Source of the DNA: a virus | Direction: 5' to 3' (one strand) | DNA length: 64,000 nt | Virus record (IMG/VR): IMGVR_UViG_3300022745_000020 | Location: 32,001 to 96,000 of that record | In this document: positions 18,527 through 28,058 of the stretch, one piece after another | Position numbering within the stretch: the first letter of the stretch is position 1 | Layout: every line of letters starts with the position of its first letter | Notes under the pieces: model-generated | Told to the model about the DNA's origin: nothing | The model's input: the letters and a program-made list of their open reading frames with translations, nothing else | Database searches by the model: none | Position numbers and translations under genes: made by a program

Positions 18527-21500
18527 ATGCTCTCACTCACCACTATCAAGAAACTCAATCCGGTCGTAGCAGGCACAGCTGTGCCTGCTGGCACGACCGT
18601 CCCATCGGCTCAAATCTCTGATGCCACCACCGTTGGTAAAGCTCTGATCGTCGCGGCTGATACTGCTACGGCACGTACTACGCTAGAACTGGGCAGCGCT
18701 GCCCAGTCTAGTACCACGTCTTTTGATCCGGCAGGCACCTCCACATCGGTGATGTTCAGCCACACGGCGGCTGCTGACCCCCACGGGCAGTATTTGACCC
18801 AAGCTCGTGCAAACTTGCTGTACAACCCGCTGGGCTCATCTGGCACTGTGACAGCCAGCAGCATCACCGATGCTTCGTCTTTTGGCCGAGATCTGCTGAC
18901 TGCCACTTCTGTGGCTATACAGCGCACCAAGCTGGGCCTGGGCAGTGCTGCGCTGGCTGCCACTACCGATTTCGTGCCGGTGGCCACGGGCACTACCTTG
19001 GCTAATGCCGATATCGCCTCAGGTGTGCTCACGGGTAACAACCTCGTGCTCACCAAGGTCGGTGGTGGCACCATCACCATCGATGTGACCGCAGCAGTAG
19101 CCGATCTGCGAGTGACCAGTGGGGTGTATAACGCTGCTACGAAGGCGCTGGATTTCACGCTGTCTGATTCATCCAAGATCAGTGTGCCAGTGTCGGCTTT
19201 GTTGCCAGTGACGGTGGGTAACTCCATCACTGGAGATGGTGCTACCACGCCTTTGTCGGTGGCTTACTCTGCCGATAGTGGCAATACCGCCAAAGCAGGT
19301 ACCGATGGGAAGATCTTTGCATCGCCCACCAACCTGAGTGCGACGCCCAGTGCCACCACACTGACGCTGACCAGCTCTACGGGCTCTTCTGCCACGTTGC
19401 CATTGGCCACGGGCACCAATTCTGGTCTACTGGCTCCTGCTGATTTTACTAAGATCTCCGGTCTGCCCGCCACGACATCCGCGGCTGGCGCTAACCTAAT
19501 CACTCAGGCTACGACTACCTTGCAGCGCACTGCTCTGGGCCTGGGTAGTGCAGCTACACTCAATGCCACCACCCTGGTGCAGACTGTCAACTCCCGCACC
19601 CCAGATGGATCGGGTGATGTCAACACCCGTACGTTTACTTCTGGATCGGTCGGTGCTACTGCAGTGGTGATTGATCTGTCGCTCTATCTGCTCGTAGGTG
19701 CACCTCACACACTCAGTGTGACACCCGATGCAGGATGCTCTATCCAAGTCGAATCCAGCACGAACGGTGGCACTACGTACACCACGTATGCCACAGCCAC
19801 GAGCATGGCCGCATACCAGTACATGCTCCAGCCTGGTGAGACTGCAGTCACCCATATCCGACTGACTCGCACAGTGGGTACGTCCACTGCGAGCGTCTAC
19901 TCGGTCAGTGCAGGTTTGGACTTTGCACAATACCCAGCCGGTACGGTGGCTAACACTGTATCGTCCAATAGCATCACCGATGCCTCTCAGCTGGGTAAGG
20001 ATCTGATCACTGCAGCTACTGAAGCAGTAGGTCGCACCAAGTTGGGCTTGGGTACTGCTTCTACGCTGAACGCCACCTCCATCGTCCAGACGGTGAATTC
20101 ACTCACCCCGGATGTCAATGGCAATGTCGTCACTCGCACCTGGGAGACCAACAAGGTCGGCGCCAGTGCAGTGCTGATCAACTTGAATAACATCTTGCTG
20201 TTGGGAGCTCCTCACACTCTGGTGGTGTCTCCCGATACGGGATGTACGATCTTGATCGAATCCAGTACCGACAATGGTACTACCTACAGCACGATCGATA
20301 CGATCACGATCGAAAATTCCTATCGATATTCTGTACAGCCTGGTGAGAACCCTGTCACCCATATCCGCATCACTCGCACGGTAGGCACCAGTGTCAATAG
20401 CCTATACTACATCAGTGGAGGTGTGGACTATGCCCAGTATCCGTCTGGCACCATCGTCTCCTCTGGCGGTACTGGTAACCTGTCTGCCAGTACCAACTTC
20501 ACTCAAACCACCATCAACAATGCCACTGCAGCGGGCACTGCACTGTTGACCGCTACTGACCTGGCTGCACAAAAGACACTGTTGGGTATCACAGGTGGTA
20601 CGGGTCTGTCCGCAGGCACTAATCTGACTCAGGCTGTCGTCACCGCCACGACTGCCATCGGTGCAGATATCCTCCAGAACGCGACAGCTGTCGGCCAAAC
20701 TCTGGTGAAGTCAGCCACCGCTCAGGCTGCACTTAACACCATCGCAGGAGCAGTCACAGCTGCCAGATTCCTGCGCGGTGATGGCACTAACGTCACTCTG
20801 TCGGCTATCCAAGCCTCTGATGTACCGACTTTGAACCAGAGTACGACAGGCTCGGCTGCGACGCTGACGACTGCTCGCACCATCTCCGCCACAGGCGATG
20901 CCACTGGCTCTACCACATTCGACGGCAGTGCCAACGTCTCCATGGCACTGACTCTGGCTAACACCGCTGTCACTGCTGGATCGTACACCGCAGCGACCAT
21001 CACTGTCGATGGTAAGGGTCGCGTCACCGCGGCCTCATCTGGCTCCTATGCCAGTGCTGCACAAGGTACGTTGGCGGGCACAGCGTTACAGCCGGGCACC
21101 AACCTCACTCAGGCCGTAGTGACTGGCACCAGCTCCATCGGTGCAGACATCCTGCAAAATGCGACAGCCGTTGGTCAGACCATCGTCAAGTCCGCTACCG
21201 CTCAAGCTGCACTTAACACCATCGCTGGTGCGGTGACTGCAGGTCAATATCCCCGTGGCAATGGCACCAACGTGGTGATGTCTGCCATCCAAGCCGCAGA
21301 TGTCCCTACGCTTAATCAGAATACGACTGGTTCTGCCGCGAGCCTCACCACTGCTCGTAATATCTCAGCGACTGGTGATGGTAGCTGGACAGTGTCTTTC
21401 AACGGTAGTGCTGACGCTACCGCAGCTCTGACTTTGGCTACGACTGGCATCACCGCTGGCACTTATGCCGCACCCACTCTCACCTTGGATACCAAGGGTC

Positions 21501-22900
21501 GAGTCACTGGGGTCACAGCTCAGACCTATGTAAAGACCATCAACTCCACTGCGCCTGATGGTGCCGGTAACGTCGCGCTGACACAAGCGGCCTCTGGTGC
21601 TATCGGAGCTTCCGCTGTAGTCATCGCAGTAGCTACTTATAATCTCTCAGGTCAACCCCACGTTCTGACGATCACGCCCGATACGGGATGTACGATCACT
21701 GTAGAGTACAGCACCAACAGTGGCACGACTTATACGACTTACTCCACCATCACCAGCTATGCACGGTATCAGTATACGGTGCAGCCTAATGAGACAGCGG
21801 TCACGCATATTCGACTGACTCGCACAGTGGGTAGCTCCACAGCTTCGACTTACTCGTTAGCAGGGGGGGCTGCCGTAGCTCAGTATCCGGCTAATGCCAA
21901 CGTCTATCTGAAGGCCAGTGCCACTGTGCCTCAAACTGTCATCGATAACACCACCTCCATCGGTGCGGCTGTGATGCAAGCCACCACCGCTGCAGCAGCT
22001 CAAAGTGCGATCGGGCTGGGCTCTACACTGAGCACGACCACCTATATATTGGGTCAAAATAGTTTTGGTACTGTTGGGATTACTACAACTGCATCACTGT
22101 CTCTACCTGCTTATATCACCACCAACGGAGGCTACATCTACGTGGATGGTTGTGGCGGAGGCGGTGCGGGTGGAGGTGGGTCTACCGATTCAGGTGGCGG
22201 TGGCGGCGGTGGGTCACGCGGTGTCAGCATGGTGCCTATTTATATACCTGCGGGAATTTCTACTGTAGCTATCCAAGTAGGTGCGGGTGGCGCAGGGGGT
22301 ACTGGTGGCAGTGCAGGAGCTGGTACAGCTGGTACAGCTGGAACAGAAACCTATATCAAACTCACCAATAGCTCAGGGCCCTATTGTGCCCGTTTTGGTG
22401 GGGGTATCGGTGGTAGTGGTGGGTCATCCACTGCAGGCACTGGCGGTGCAGGTGCCACCAGTGCATCTCAGTTATTCGTAGGGGGTTCTGCCGGTACAGG
22501 TGCAGGTAACGGCGGTGCCGGTAACCCGATTGCGGGAGCTTTTAGCAGTGGTGATAACGTCGTCTCTGGTCGCACGCTCACTGGAGGTGGTGGTGGGGGT
22601 GGAGCGGGTGCTACAGCCACTACAGGTGGAGGTATCGGGGGATACTCGGTATCTCAGAACGGTGCAGGTGGCGCCGGTGCCGGCGCAGGCGGCGGTGGCG
22701 GTGCGGGCCCTTGGGGGCGCAGCAGCAACCTTCCATTTATAGGTTATATGGGTACTGCCGGTGCAGGTGGTGCCGGTGGCGCTTCCCCCACAGTTGGCGC
22801 CTCAGCAACCACCGACACTTTCGGTGGCGGTGGTGGTGGGGGTGGTAAGACCATGGCCGGCGGTAATGGTGGTGACGGTTTCCTTCGCATCCTGTTTTAA
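18527..22900 (+). CDS. Long tail fibre with a C-terminal polyglycine adhesin-like domain
   Basis: 1457 aa, A/T/G-rich. It has three copies of a 'PH.L..TPD.GC.I..E.S...THIR.TRT.G' domain, a ~160-aa internal duplication and a Gly-rich tip from ~22030. Confidence 0.8.
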   Translation: MLSLTTIKKLNPVVAGTAVPAGTTVPSAQISDATTVGKALIVAADTATARTTLELGSAAQSSTTSFDPAGTSTSVMFSHTAAADPHGQYLTQARANLLYNPLGSSGTVTASSITDASSFGRDLLTATSVAIQRTKLGLGSAALAATTDFVPVATGTTLANADIASGVLTGNNLVLTKVGGGTITIDVTAAVADLRVTSGVYNAATKALDFTLSDSSKISVPVSALLPVTVGNSITGDGATTPLSVAYSADSGNTAKAGTDGKIFASPTNLSATPSATTLTLTSSTGSSATLPLATGTNSGLLAPADFTKISGLPATTSAAGANLITQATTTLQRTALGLGSAATLNATTLVQTVNSRTPDGSGDVNTRTFTSGSVGATAVVIDLSLYLLVGAPHTLSVTPDAGCSIQVESSTNGGTTYTTYATATSMAAYQYMLQPGETAVTHIRLTRTVGTSTASVYSVSAGLDFAQYPAGTVANTVSSNSITDASQLGKDLITAATEAVGRTKLGLGTASTLNATSIVQTVNSLTPDVNGNVVTRTWETNKVGASAVLINLNNILLLGAPHTLVVSPDTGCTILIESSTDNGTTYSTIDTITIENSYRYSVQPGENPVTHIRITRTVGTSVNSLYYISGGVDYAQYPSGTIVSSGGTGNLSASTNFTQTTINNATAAGTALLTATDLAAQKTLLGITGGTGLSAGTNLTQAVVTATTAIGADILQNATAVGQTLVKSATAQAALNTIAGAVTAARFLRGDGTNVTLSAIQASDVPTLNQSTTGSAATLTTARTISATGDATGSTTFDGSANVSMALTLANTAVTAGSYTAATITVDGKGRVTAASSGSYASAAQGTLAGTALQPGTNLTQAVVTGTSSIGADILQNATAVGQTIVKSATAQAALNTIAGAVTAGQYPRGNGTNVVMSAIQAADVPTLNQNTTGSAASLTTARNISATGDGSWTVSFNGSADATAALTLATTGITAGTYAAPTLTLDTKGRVTGVTAQTYVKTINSTAPDGAGNVALTQAASGAIGASAVVIAVATYNLSGQPHVLTITPDTGCTITVEYSTNSGTTYTTYSTITSYARYQYTVQPNETAVTHIRLTRTVGSSTASTYSLAGGAAVAQYPANANVYLKASATVPQTVIDNTTSIGAAVMQATTAAAAQSAIGLGSTLSTTTYILGQNSFGTVGITTTASLSLPAYITTNGGYIYVDGCGGGGAGGGGSTDSGGGGGGGSRGVSMVPIYIPAGISTVAIQVGAGGAGGTGGSAGAGTAGTAGTETYIKLTNSSGPYCARFGGGIGGSGGSSTAGTGGAGATSASQLFVGGSAGTGAGNGGAGNPIAGAFSSGDNVVSGRTLTGGGGGGGAGATATTGGGIGGYSVSQNGAGGAGAGAGGGGGAGPWGRSSNLPFIGYMGTAGAGGAGGASPTVGASATTDTFGGGGGGGGKTMAGGNGGDGFLRILF

Positions 22901-22903
22901 ATC

Positions 22904-23824
22904 ATGGACAGACTACCTATTTTATCAGGTATGGTCTCTACCCGCTACGTTCTTGGTGTGACCAGTGGAACTACAGCGGGTGCTACTTTGCAGACCCAAT
23001 TGATACTACCTAGCTACTTTAGTGTATCGGGTGGTTATGTGTTAGTCACTGCCTCGGCTGGAGGTGGTGGGGGCTCAGGGGGATCCACCGATACTGGTGG
23101 AGGAGGCGGAGGTGGGGGTGAGGGATGTAACTATATGAGCGTTTACGTCCCAGCAGGCACCGCCAGTTTATATATCCAAGTCGGTAAGGGTGGGGCCTCC
23201 AGCGCCGGTAACTCTGCTGGTAACAGCATCGATGCCTCTCCTGGGGATGATACTTTTATCAGACTCAGCGATTATACTACTGGACCTTATATACTAAAGT
23301 TACGCGGTGGTCGCCCTGGTGGGGCAGCCACTGCGGGCGCTTCAGGTGGGAAAGGTGGCGATGCGGGAGGGTTATACGTTGTCCCAGAGCAGGTTTATTC
23401 AGGGGGAGGCGCTGGTACTACTGACTCTGGTGGTGCTGCCGGCGGTAACCTGCGCGAATTCTATATGAAAGGGTTTTTGCCCGGTGGCGGCGGAGGTGGG
23501 GGTTGCGGTACCGCCGGTGCATCCGGAGGTAATGGTAACGGTGCTACTGGTAACGGTGGTGGTGGGGGATCCGGTGCGGGCGCGGGGGGGGGGGGGGGGG
23601 GTAGTTTCTATTACAACGCCCCATGTATATCCTGTACCGCCAGCGGAGGTAATGGTCCAACAGGTGGTGCTGGTGGAGTCTCCCCCACTGCAGGCACAAA
23701 AGATGCAAATGCTCTTGGTGGAGGTGGAGGTGGTGGAGGAAAAGGTATGTCTGGAGCCTATGGCAACGACGGCTTTCTCATCATCGCCTATCCCGCTGGT
23801 TATCCAATTCAACAACCAATTTAA
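22904..23824 (+). CDS. Stand-alone polyglycine adhesin-like protein (contains a G18 tract)
   Basis: Paralog of the fibre-tip domain: YVLG...GGYV...GGGGGG...YIQVG.GG...GGGGGGGK...DGFLII. Confidence 0.75.
   Translation: MDRLPILSGMVSTRYVLGVTSGTTAGATLQTQLILPSYFSVSGGYVLVTASAGGGGGSGGSTDTGGGGGGGGEGCNYMSVYVPAGTASLYIQVGKGGASSAGNSAGNSIDASPGDDTFIRLSDYTTGPYILKLRGGRPGGAATAGASGGKGGDAGGLYVVPEQVYSGGGAGTTDSGGAAGGNLREFYMKGFLPGGGGGGGCGTAGASGGNGNGATGNGGGGGSGAGAGGGGGGSFYYNAPCISCTASGGNGPTGGAGGVSPTAGTKDANALGGGGGGGGKGMSGAYGNDGFLIIAYPAGYPIQQPI
23584..23601 (+). repeat. G18 homopolymer (in frame)
   Basis: 18 consecutive G encoding part of AGGGGGG. Confidence 0.9.
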
Positions 23825-23827
23825 ACC

Positions 23828-24295
23828 ATGTACACTCCAGGCATTAAAAATATTCAGTTTGGCCCCTTTGCTACAGCTGCAGCACTCCAGGCTAAATATC
23901 CCGCCACTCTCTATCCAGGCGCTGTCGCATTAGTGGGGTCTACCACCCCCTATGCTACATATCGCAGTGATGGGATGGTATGGCAACCACCAGCATTGCA
24001 GACGGACTCGTCTAATCTCTTAACGACCAGTCAAGGTTTAGTGATTGCTCAACTGGGCAGTGTCATCACTACAGGCACCTGGTATCGGGTGCCATCGATG
24101 TTTCGATTAGCAGTCACTGGTACAGGTACATTGACCCTAGATGGTCGTGATGTAGCTGGTACTATATCCACCTCGGTATACACCACTACCCTGACCAGTG
24201 CTACCAATCAAATCCTTTACCCGTTCTTGGGTATGAGTAATGCAGACCTGCGCCTGAATGTGACGTCAGGATCCTTAACTGTACAAGTGTGGTGA
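23828..24295 (+). CDS. Small fibre-associated protein with the shared N-terminal module
   Basis: 'GPFATAAALQAKYPATLYPGAVALVGSTTPY..Y.SDG..W' N-terminus, shared with three other island genes. Confidence 0.7.
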   Translation: MYTPGIKNIQFGPFATAAALQAKYPATLYPGAVALVGSTTPYATYRSDGMVWQPPALQTDSSNLLTTSQGLVIAQLGSVITTGTWYRVPSMFRLAVTGTGTLTLDGRDVAGTISTSVYTTTLTSATNQILYPFLGMSNADLRLNVTSGSLTVQVW

Positions 24296-24298
24296 GAT

Positions 24299-24595
24299 AT
24301 GTCCCAAGGTTACCCAGTCATGCCGCAAGACGGCACTTACAATAGCTATGTCAAAGTGACAGCTTTATCAACAGCGGTAAATTTACCATCTATCCCAGTG
24401 AATGTCCAATATGCGCTGATTCAGTGTGAAAACGGTGACGTGCGTTGGCGTGCCGATGGCACTGCCCCTACGACCACAGATGGCATGCTGATGCCAGCAG
24501 GCACTGAGCGTACATTTGACAGCGGCTCCATTAGTCGTCTACAGTTTATCCAGACGTCTGCTGCAGCCACCCTCCATGTTTCTTATTACACCTAA
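24299..24595 (+). CDS. Small beta-sandwich phage tail-associated protein
   Basis: 'ALIQCENGDVRWRADGTAPTTTDGM' pattern; tightly packed in the operon. Confidence 0.65.
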   Translation: MSQGYPVMPQDGTYNSYVKVTALSTAVNLPSIPVNVQYALIQCENGDVRWRADGTAPTTTDGMLMPAGTERTFDSGSISRLQFIQTSAAATLHVSYYT

Positions 24596-24600
24596 AGCAT

Positions 24601-25464
24601 ATGCCAAATTCTACTTCAGTAATCGCATCTCGTAAACCCACTTCGCTGTTTCAGTTGGGTGGGGCTTCCGATGTATCTGGATCATTGGTGATACCTGCTA
24701 GCTGCAACCTAATTAAAGTCTGGGCTTGTGGCCCGGGTGGGGGTGGTGGAGGGGGGTACGCTGGAGCCACCGGTGGTGGGGGTGGTGGTGGCTCTGGTGG
24801 TCAAGCAGTCATCGGCCTGGAGATTCCAGTTGTACCTGGAGAGACACTCGCTTGGTCTGTAGGTGGGTGGGGTGCAGCTGGAGCTGCCGGCGCTGCTGGT
24901 GGATCTGGCTCAGCTAACACCTATCTATACAGATCAACTGGTGGATATTACCTCATGCGCTGTACGGCGGGGGCCGGTGGTGCAGTAGGGGCGGCTACGA
25001 AAGGTGGTAATGGAGGGACTGGGCCAGGGGATCTTTATATCTCCGGAGGTACTGGCAGCACTGACGCTAAAGGTGGTAGTGTGACCATAGGTTCATACAC
25101 CGCTCAAAACCTCATTGCATCGACAGCTATTCCATTTTTACTCGGTATGCCGGGCGCTGGTGGGACTTACTCATCTACTACTACAGCTTATACCGGAGGT
25201 GATAGTGGGGCATTGATCGGCTCTATGCCCTATGCCGCAGGTGGTAGCACGTCGGGTGTGGTGGGGGGTGGAGGAGGTGGTGCAGGTGGGTCTTGCTGGC
25301 CTAAAATCTATCCGTACTTTTCTGCAGCTGTGCTGGGTAATGGTGGAGCCGATGGTGTAGCCGGTGTATCTGCTACGAACTATGGCTTTGGGGGTGGTGG
25401 AGGTGGTCGTAATGCCGCCGGGGGCAGTGGCGGGCCCTCGTTTATCTACGTACTATACCTATGA
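24601..25464 (+). CDS. Stand-alone polyglycine adhesin-like protein
   Basis: 'ACGPGGGGGGG...GGGGGSGG...VVPGETL..SVG.G.AG...GFGGGGGG' glycine-rich domain pattern. Confidence 0.75.
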   Translation: MPNSTSVIASRKPTSLFQLGGASDVSGSLVIPASCNLIKVWACGPGGGGGGGYAGATGGGGGGGSGGQAVIGLEIPVVPGETLAWSVGGWGAAGAAGAAGGSGSANTYLYRSTGGYYLMRCTAGAGGAVGAATKGGNGGTGPGDLYISGGTGSTDAKGGSVTIGSYTAQNLIASTAIPFLLGMPGAGGTYSSTTTAYTGGDSGALIGSMPYAAGGSTSGVVGGGGGGAGGSCWPKIYPYFSAAVLGNGGADGVAGVSATNYGFGGGGGGRNAAGGSGGPSFIYVLYL

Positions 25465-26642
25465 CCCGCATATTTTCAACCGCGGGGGGTGCTGATTCCA
25501 GAGTATCGCGGCAGCTATTGTACTCGGGTGCTCCTGTATATAGAGATAAGTCTTTTCTTGGAATATCTGCATGGTACCTTCCATGGATGGCATCTACTTT
25601 TCCAGTAGAGATAGATAGGTCCCTTTACTCATATAACCGGTACTGTTTTGTGGCAACGGCTAGCCAACCCAGCGTGGGCTGTAGCTGGGGGTACATCAAT
25701 CGCACACAAGGGGCCTATGACTGGACCTACATGGATCAGTGGGTGAATTACCATGCCAGTAGAGGTGTTGATCTACTGTACTCCGTGGGGGCACCCTGTC
25801 CAATTTGGGGTAATCCTTCGTCTACCAATGTGATTAAATTTATTTATAGTGGTGCAAATATCAACATGTGTAAAGAGTTTCCTGCACCTCAGTACTTCTG
25901 CGATTGGGTGACTCAGGTAGGTACTCGCTACAAAGGTAAAATTAAATACTGGTTGGTTGCAAATGAACCTTTGTTTGCCGGAAACCCTGCATATGAGTAC
26001 GTGGGCACCGCCGCTGATCTGGCGGTATTAAATCGCCTAGCCTATCAAATACTCAAGAGTATAGATCCTAACAACAAGATTATGGGACCGGAATCTAGTA
26101 ATATTGACGACACTAAACTGAGTATATGTATCGGACCTTACATGACAGCCAGTGCTGCCGGATACGATGCTGGATTTGGAGATGGTGCAGGCACCTTCGG
26201 TAAAAACTGGTTGGATTATCTGGGGTTTCATCCTTATACCGCTGCCCCAGATAACAGAGATCAGCCGTATCTGAATGCCATTCCAGATGCCAATGGTAAG
26301 AACAACTATATAAAGCTCAAGGATTATCTAACGTCCATTGGAGTAGGCGGTCTTCCCCTATGGGCCGGTGAGATTATGTACATGCCGACTAACGGATCTG
26401 ATGAATATGCATTTATGATACGTCATGCCGTCATTGCTGCTATCTATGGTGTGGAGAAGATGACTTGGTTTGATACGGGCGGTAGTAATTCCGACTATTT
26501 CAAGAATACCACTGAAGGTGGTCAGGCCCGCACCGCTATAGCGCAGATGATGAAAATCCTTGCCTCTGGTATCACTCAGGTAGACATCATGACCGATAAC
26601 TCCTTGAGAGTCATTACTCTACAAGGCACTTATTACGTGTAA
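25461..26642 (+). CDS. Clan GH-A glycoside hydrolase (GH39/GH5-like)
   Basis: 'W..IN...G.YDW..MD', acid/base 'VANEP', 'FHPY' and nucleophile 'LWAGE'. Confidence 0.8.
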   Translation: MTRIFSTAGGADSRVSRQLLYSGAPVYRDKSFLGISAWYLPWMASTFPVEIDRSLYSYNRYCFVATASQPSVGCSWGYINRTQGAYDWTYMDQWVNYHASRGVDLLYSVGAPCPIWGNPSSTNVIKFIYSGANINMCKEFPAPQYFCDWVTQVGTRYKGKIKYWLVANEPLFAGNPAYEYVGTAADLAVLNRLAYQILKSIDPNNKIMGPESSNIDDTKLSICIGPYMTASAAGYDAGFGDGAGTFGKNWLDYLGFHPYTAAPDNRDQPYLNAIPDANGKNNYIKLKDYLTSIGVGGLPLWAGEIMYMPTNGSDEYAFMIRHAVIAAIYGVEKMTWFDTGGSNSDYFKNTTEGGQARTAIAQMMKILASGITQVDIMTDNSLRVITLQGTYYV

Positions 26643-26652
26643 CATAAGCAGC

Positions 26653-26685
26653 AGAGCTACTGGGGGCAAAGCCCCCAGTAGCTCT
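26653..26685. terminator. Stem-loop, 15-bp stem
   Basis: agagctactgggggc-aaa-gcccccagtagctct. Confidence 0.7.
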
Positions 26686-26749
26686 CGCATCTTTTGACGA
26701 CTATACTTTTTCATACCGTTTGACTCCCTATTTCTAGAAAGGTAGATAC

Positions 26750-28048
26750 ATGTACTCTCCTGCAAACACTCCCCTACTCTTGGGGGTCTTCCCCACCTCC
26801 AGTGCGATACAGTCTGCATTCCCAGCAGCAGCATTCCCTGGATCTTTGGCATTGGTGGGCGCATCAGCTCCATATTTGATCTATTGGAGTGATGGTAACA
26901 CCTGGAACAACTACGGCACTTCTGCACTGGCTACAGCCGCTCAAGGTGCACTGGCTGCTACTGCCTTGCAGCCAGGTGGTGCATTCACCCAAGCAAATAT
27001 CAATAACTCTACTACGGCAGGAGTGTCGCTGTTTTCTGCAGCGACTCAGGCTCAGCAAAAGACGTTGTTGGGATTGACCTCTTCTGATATCACCGACAGT
27101 GGAGCTTTTGGTAGGTCGTTAATGCAAGCTGCCAATGTCACCGCGGCATTGACTACACTTGGCTCGTCTTACGCACTGACGTTCACCACCTATGTCCTAG
27201 GTCAAGTCGTTAACGGTACTACTTTTGGCAGTGTAGGCGTGAGTACAAAAGCCACACTTGCACTACCTGCTTGGATCACCACCAACGGAGGCTACATCTA
27301 CGTGGATGGTTCAGGAGCTGGTGGTGGTGGATCTGGTGGATCCACCGATACCGGAGGTGGTGGAGGTGCTGCAGCGCGAGCTTGTTACATGTTGCCGATA
27401 TTCATTCCTGCTGGAAATGCAAACATCTACATCCAAGTCGGCGGTGGGGGTCTAGGTAGTGCAGGGAACTCTGCTGGTAACAGTGCTGCTGGTGGTAGTG
27501 GCGGGGACACTTATATCAAGATCGGTAGTGATTCAGGAGCCTATATACTCAGACTCTTGAATGGGATGGGTGGTACCATAGCCACTGCTGGCGGTAAGGC
27601 GGGTGACGGTGGCACCAACGCGAACTACATCTATACTGGTGGTGGTGGCGGTACTGGTGCAGGTAATGGTAGTGGTGGGGGTCCAACCCCAAACACTACT
27701 GCTGCGGCAGACAGCATACTTCCAGGACGTATGTATACTGGTGGTGCTGGCGGTGGCGGAGCTGGTGCTACCGGTACCATCGGGGGGGCATCCGGTTGGG
27801 GTATTGGCCCGTGGGGTACCCAGGCCTCTGGTGCGGGGGCTGGCGGTGCGGGAGGTGGCGCTCCATGGGGTATGACTAGTAACTCCCCGGTATTGGTAAT
27901 GTCAGGTACCGGTGGCACAGGTGGCGATGGTGGAGCCTCCCCCACTGCAGGTACTACCTGTACCGCCTACGGTGGCGGTGGTGGTGGAGGTGGTAAGACC
28001 ATGGCCGGCGGCAATGGTGGTGATGGCTTTCTTCGCATCGGTTGGTAA
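26750..28048 (+). CDS. Short tail fibre: shared N-terminal module, fibre repeat and polyglycine tip
   Basis: N-terminal 'GVFPT..AIQ.AFPA..FPG..ALVG.S.PY..Y.SDG..W', an 'ATAAQG.LA.TALQPG' repeat and a Gly-rich tip. Confidence 0.78.
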   Translation: MYSPANTPLLLGVFPTSSAIQSAFPAAAFPGSLALVGASAPYLIYWSDGNTWNNYGTSALATAAQGALAATALQPGGAFTQANINNSTTAGVSLFSAATQAQQKTLLGLTSSDITDSGAFGRSLMQAANVTAALTTLGSSYALTFTTYVLGQVVNGTTFGSVGVSTKATLALPAWITTNGGYIYVDGSGAGGGGSGGSTDTGGGGGAAARACYMLPIFIPAGNANIYIQVGGGGLGSAGNSAGNSAAGGSGGDTYIKIGSDSGAYILRLLNGMGGTIATAGGKAGDGGTNANYIYTGGGGGTGAGNGSGGGPTPNTTAAADSILPGRMYTGGAGGGGAGATGTIGGASGWGIGPWGTQASGAGAGGAGGGAPWGMTSNSPVLVMSGTGGTGGDGGASPTAGTTCTAYGGGGGGGGKTMAGGNGGDGFLRIGW

Positions 28049-28058
28049 AGGCTGACGT

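Noticed and set aside
18610-21586. Many antisense ORFs over the fibre genes (also 83..973, 45100..45762, 46908..47480, 60797..61705)
   Set aside because: These are shadow ORFs caused by codon bias of the real gene on the opposite strand; they have no motifs or ribosome-binding sites.
23484-23933. Independent 149-aa overlapping gene
   Set aside because: It is a +1-frame by-product of Gly codons, relevant only as the frameshift product of the G18 tract.
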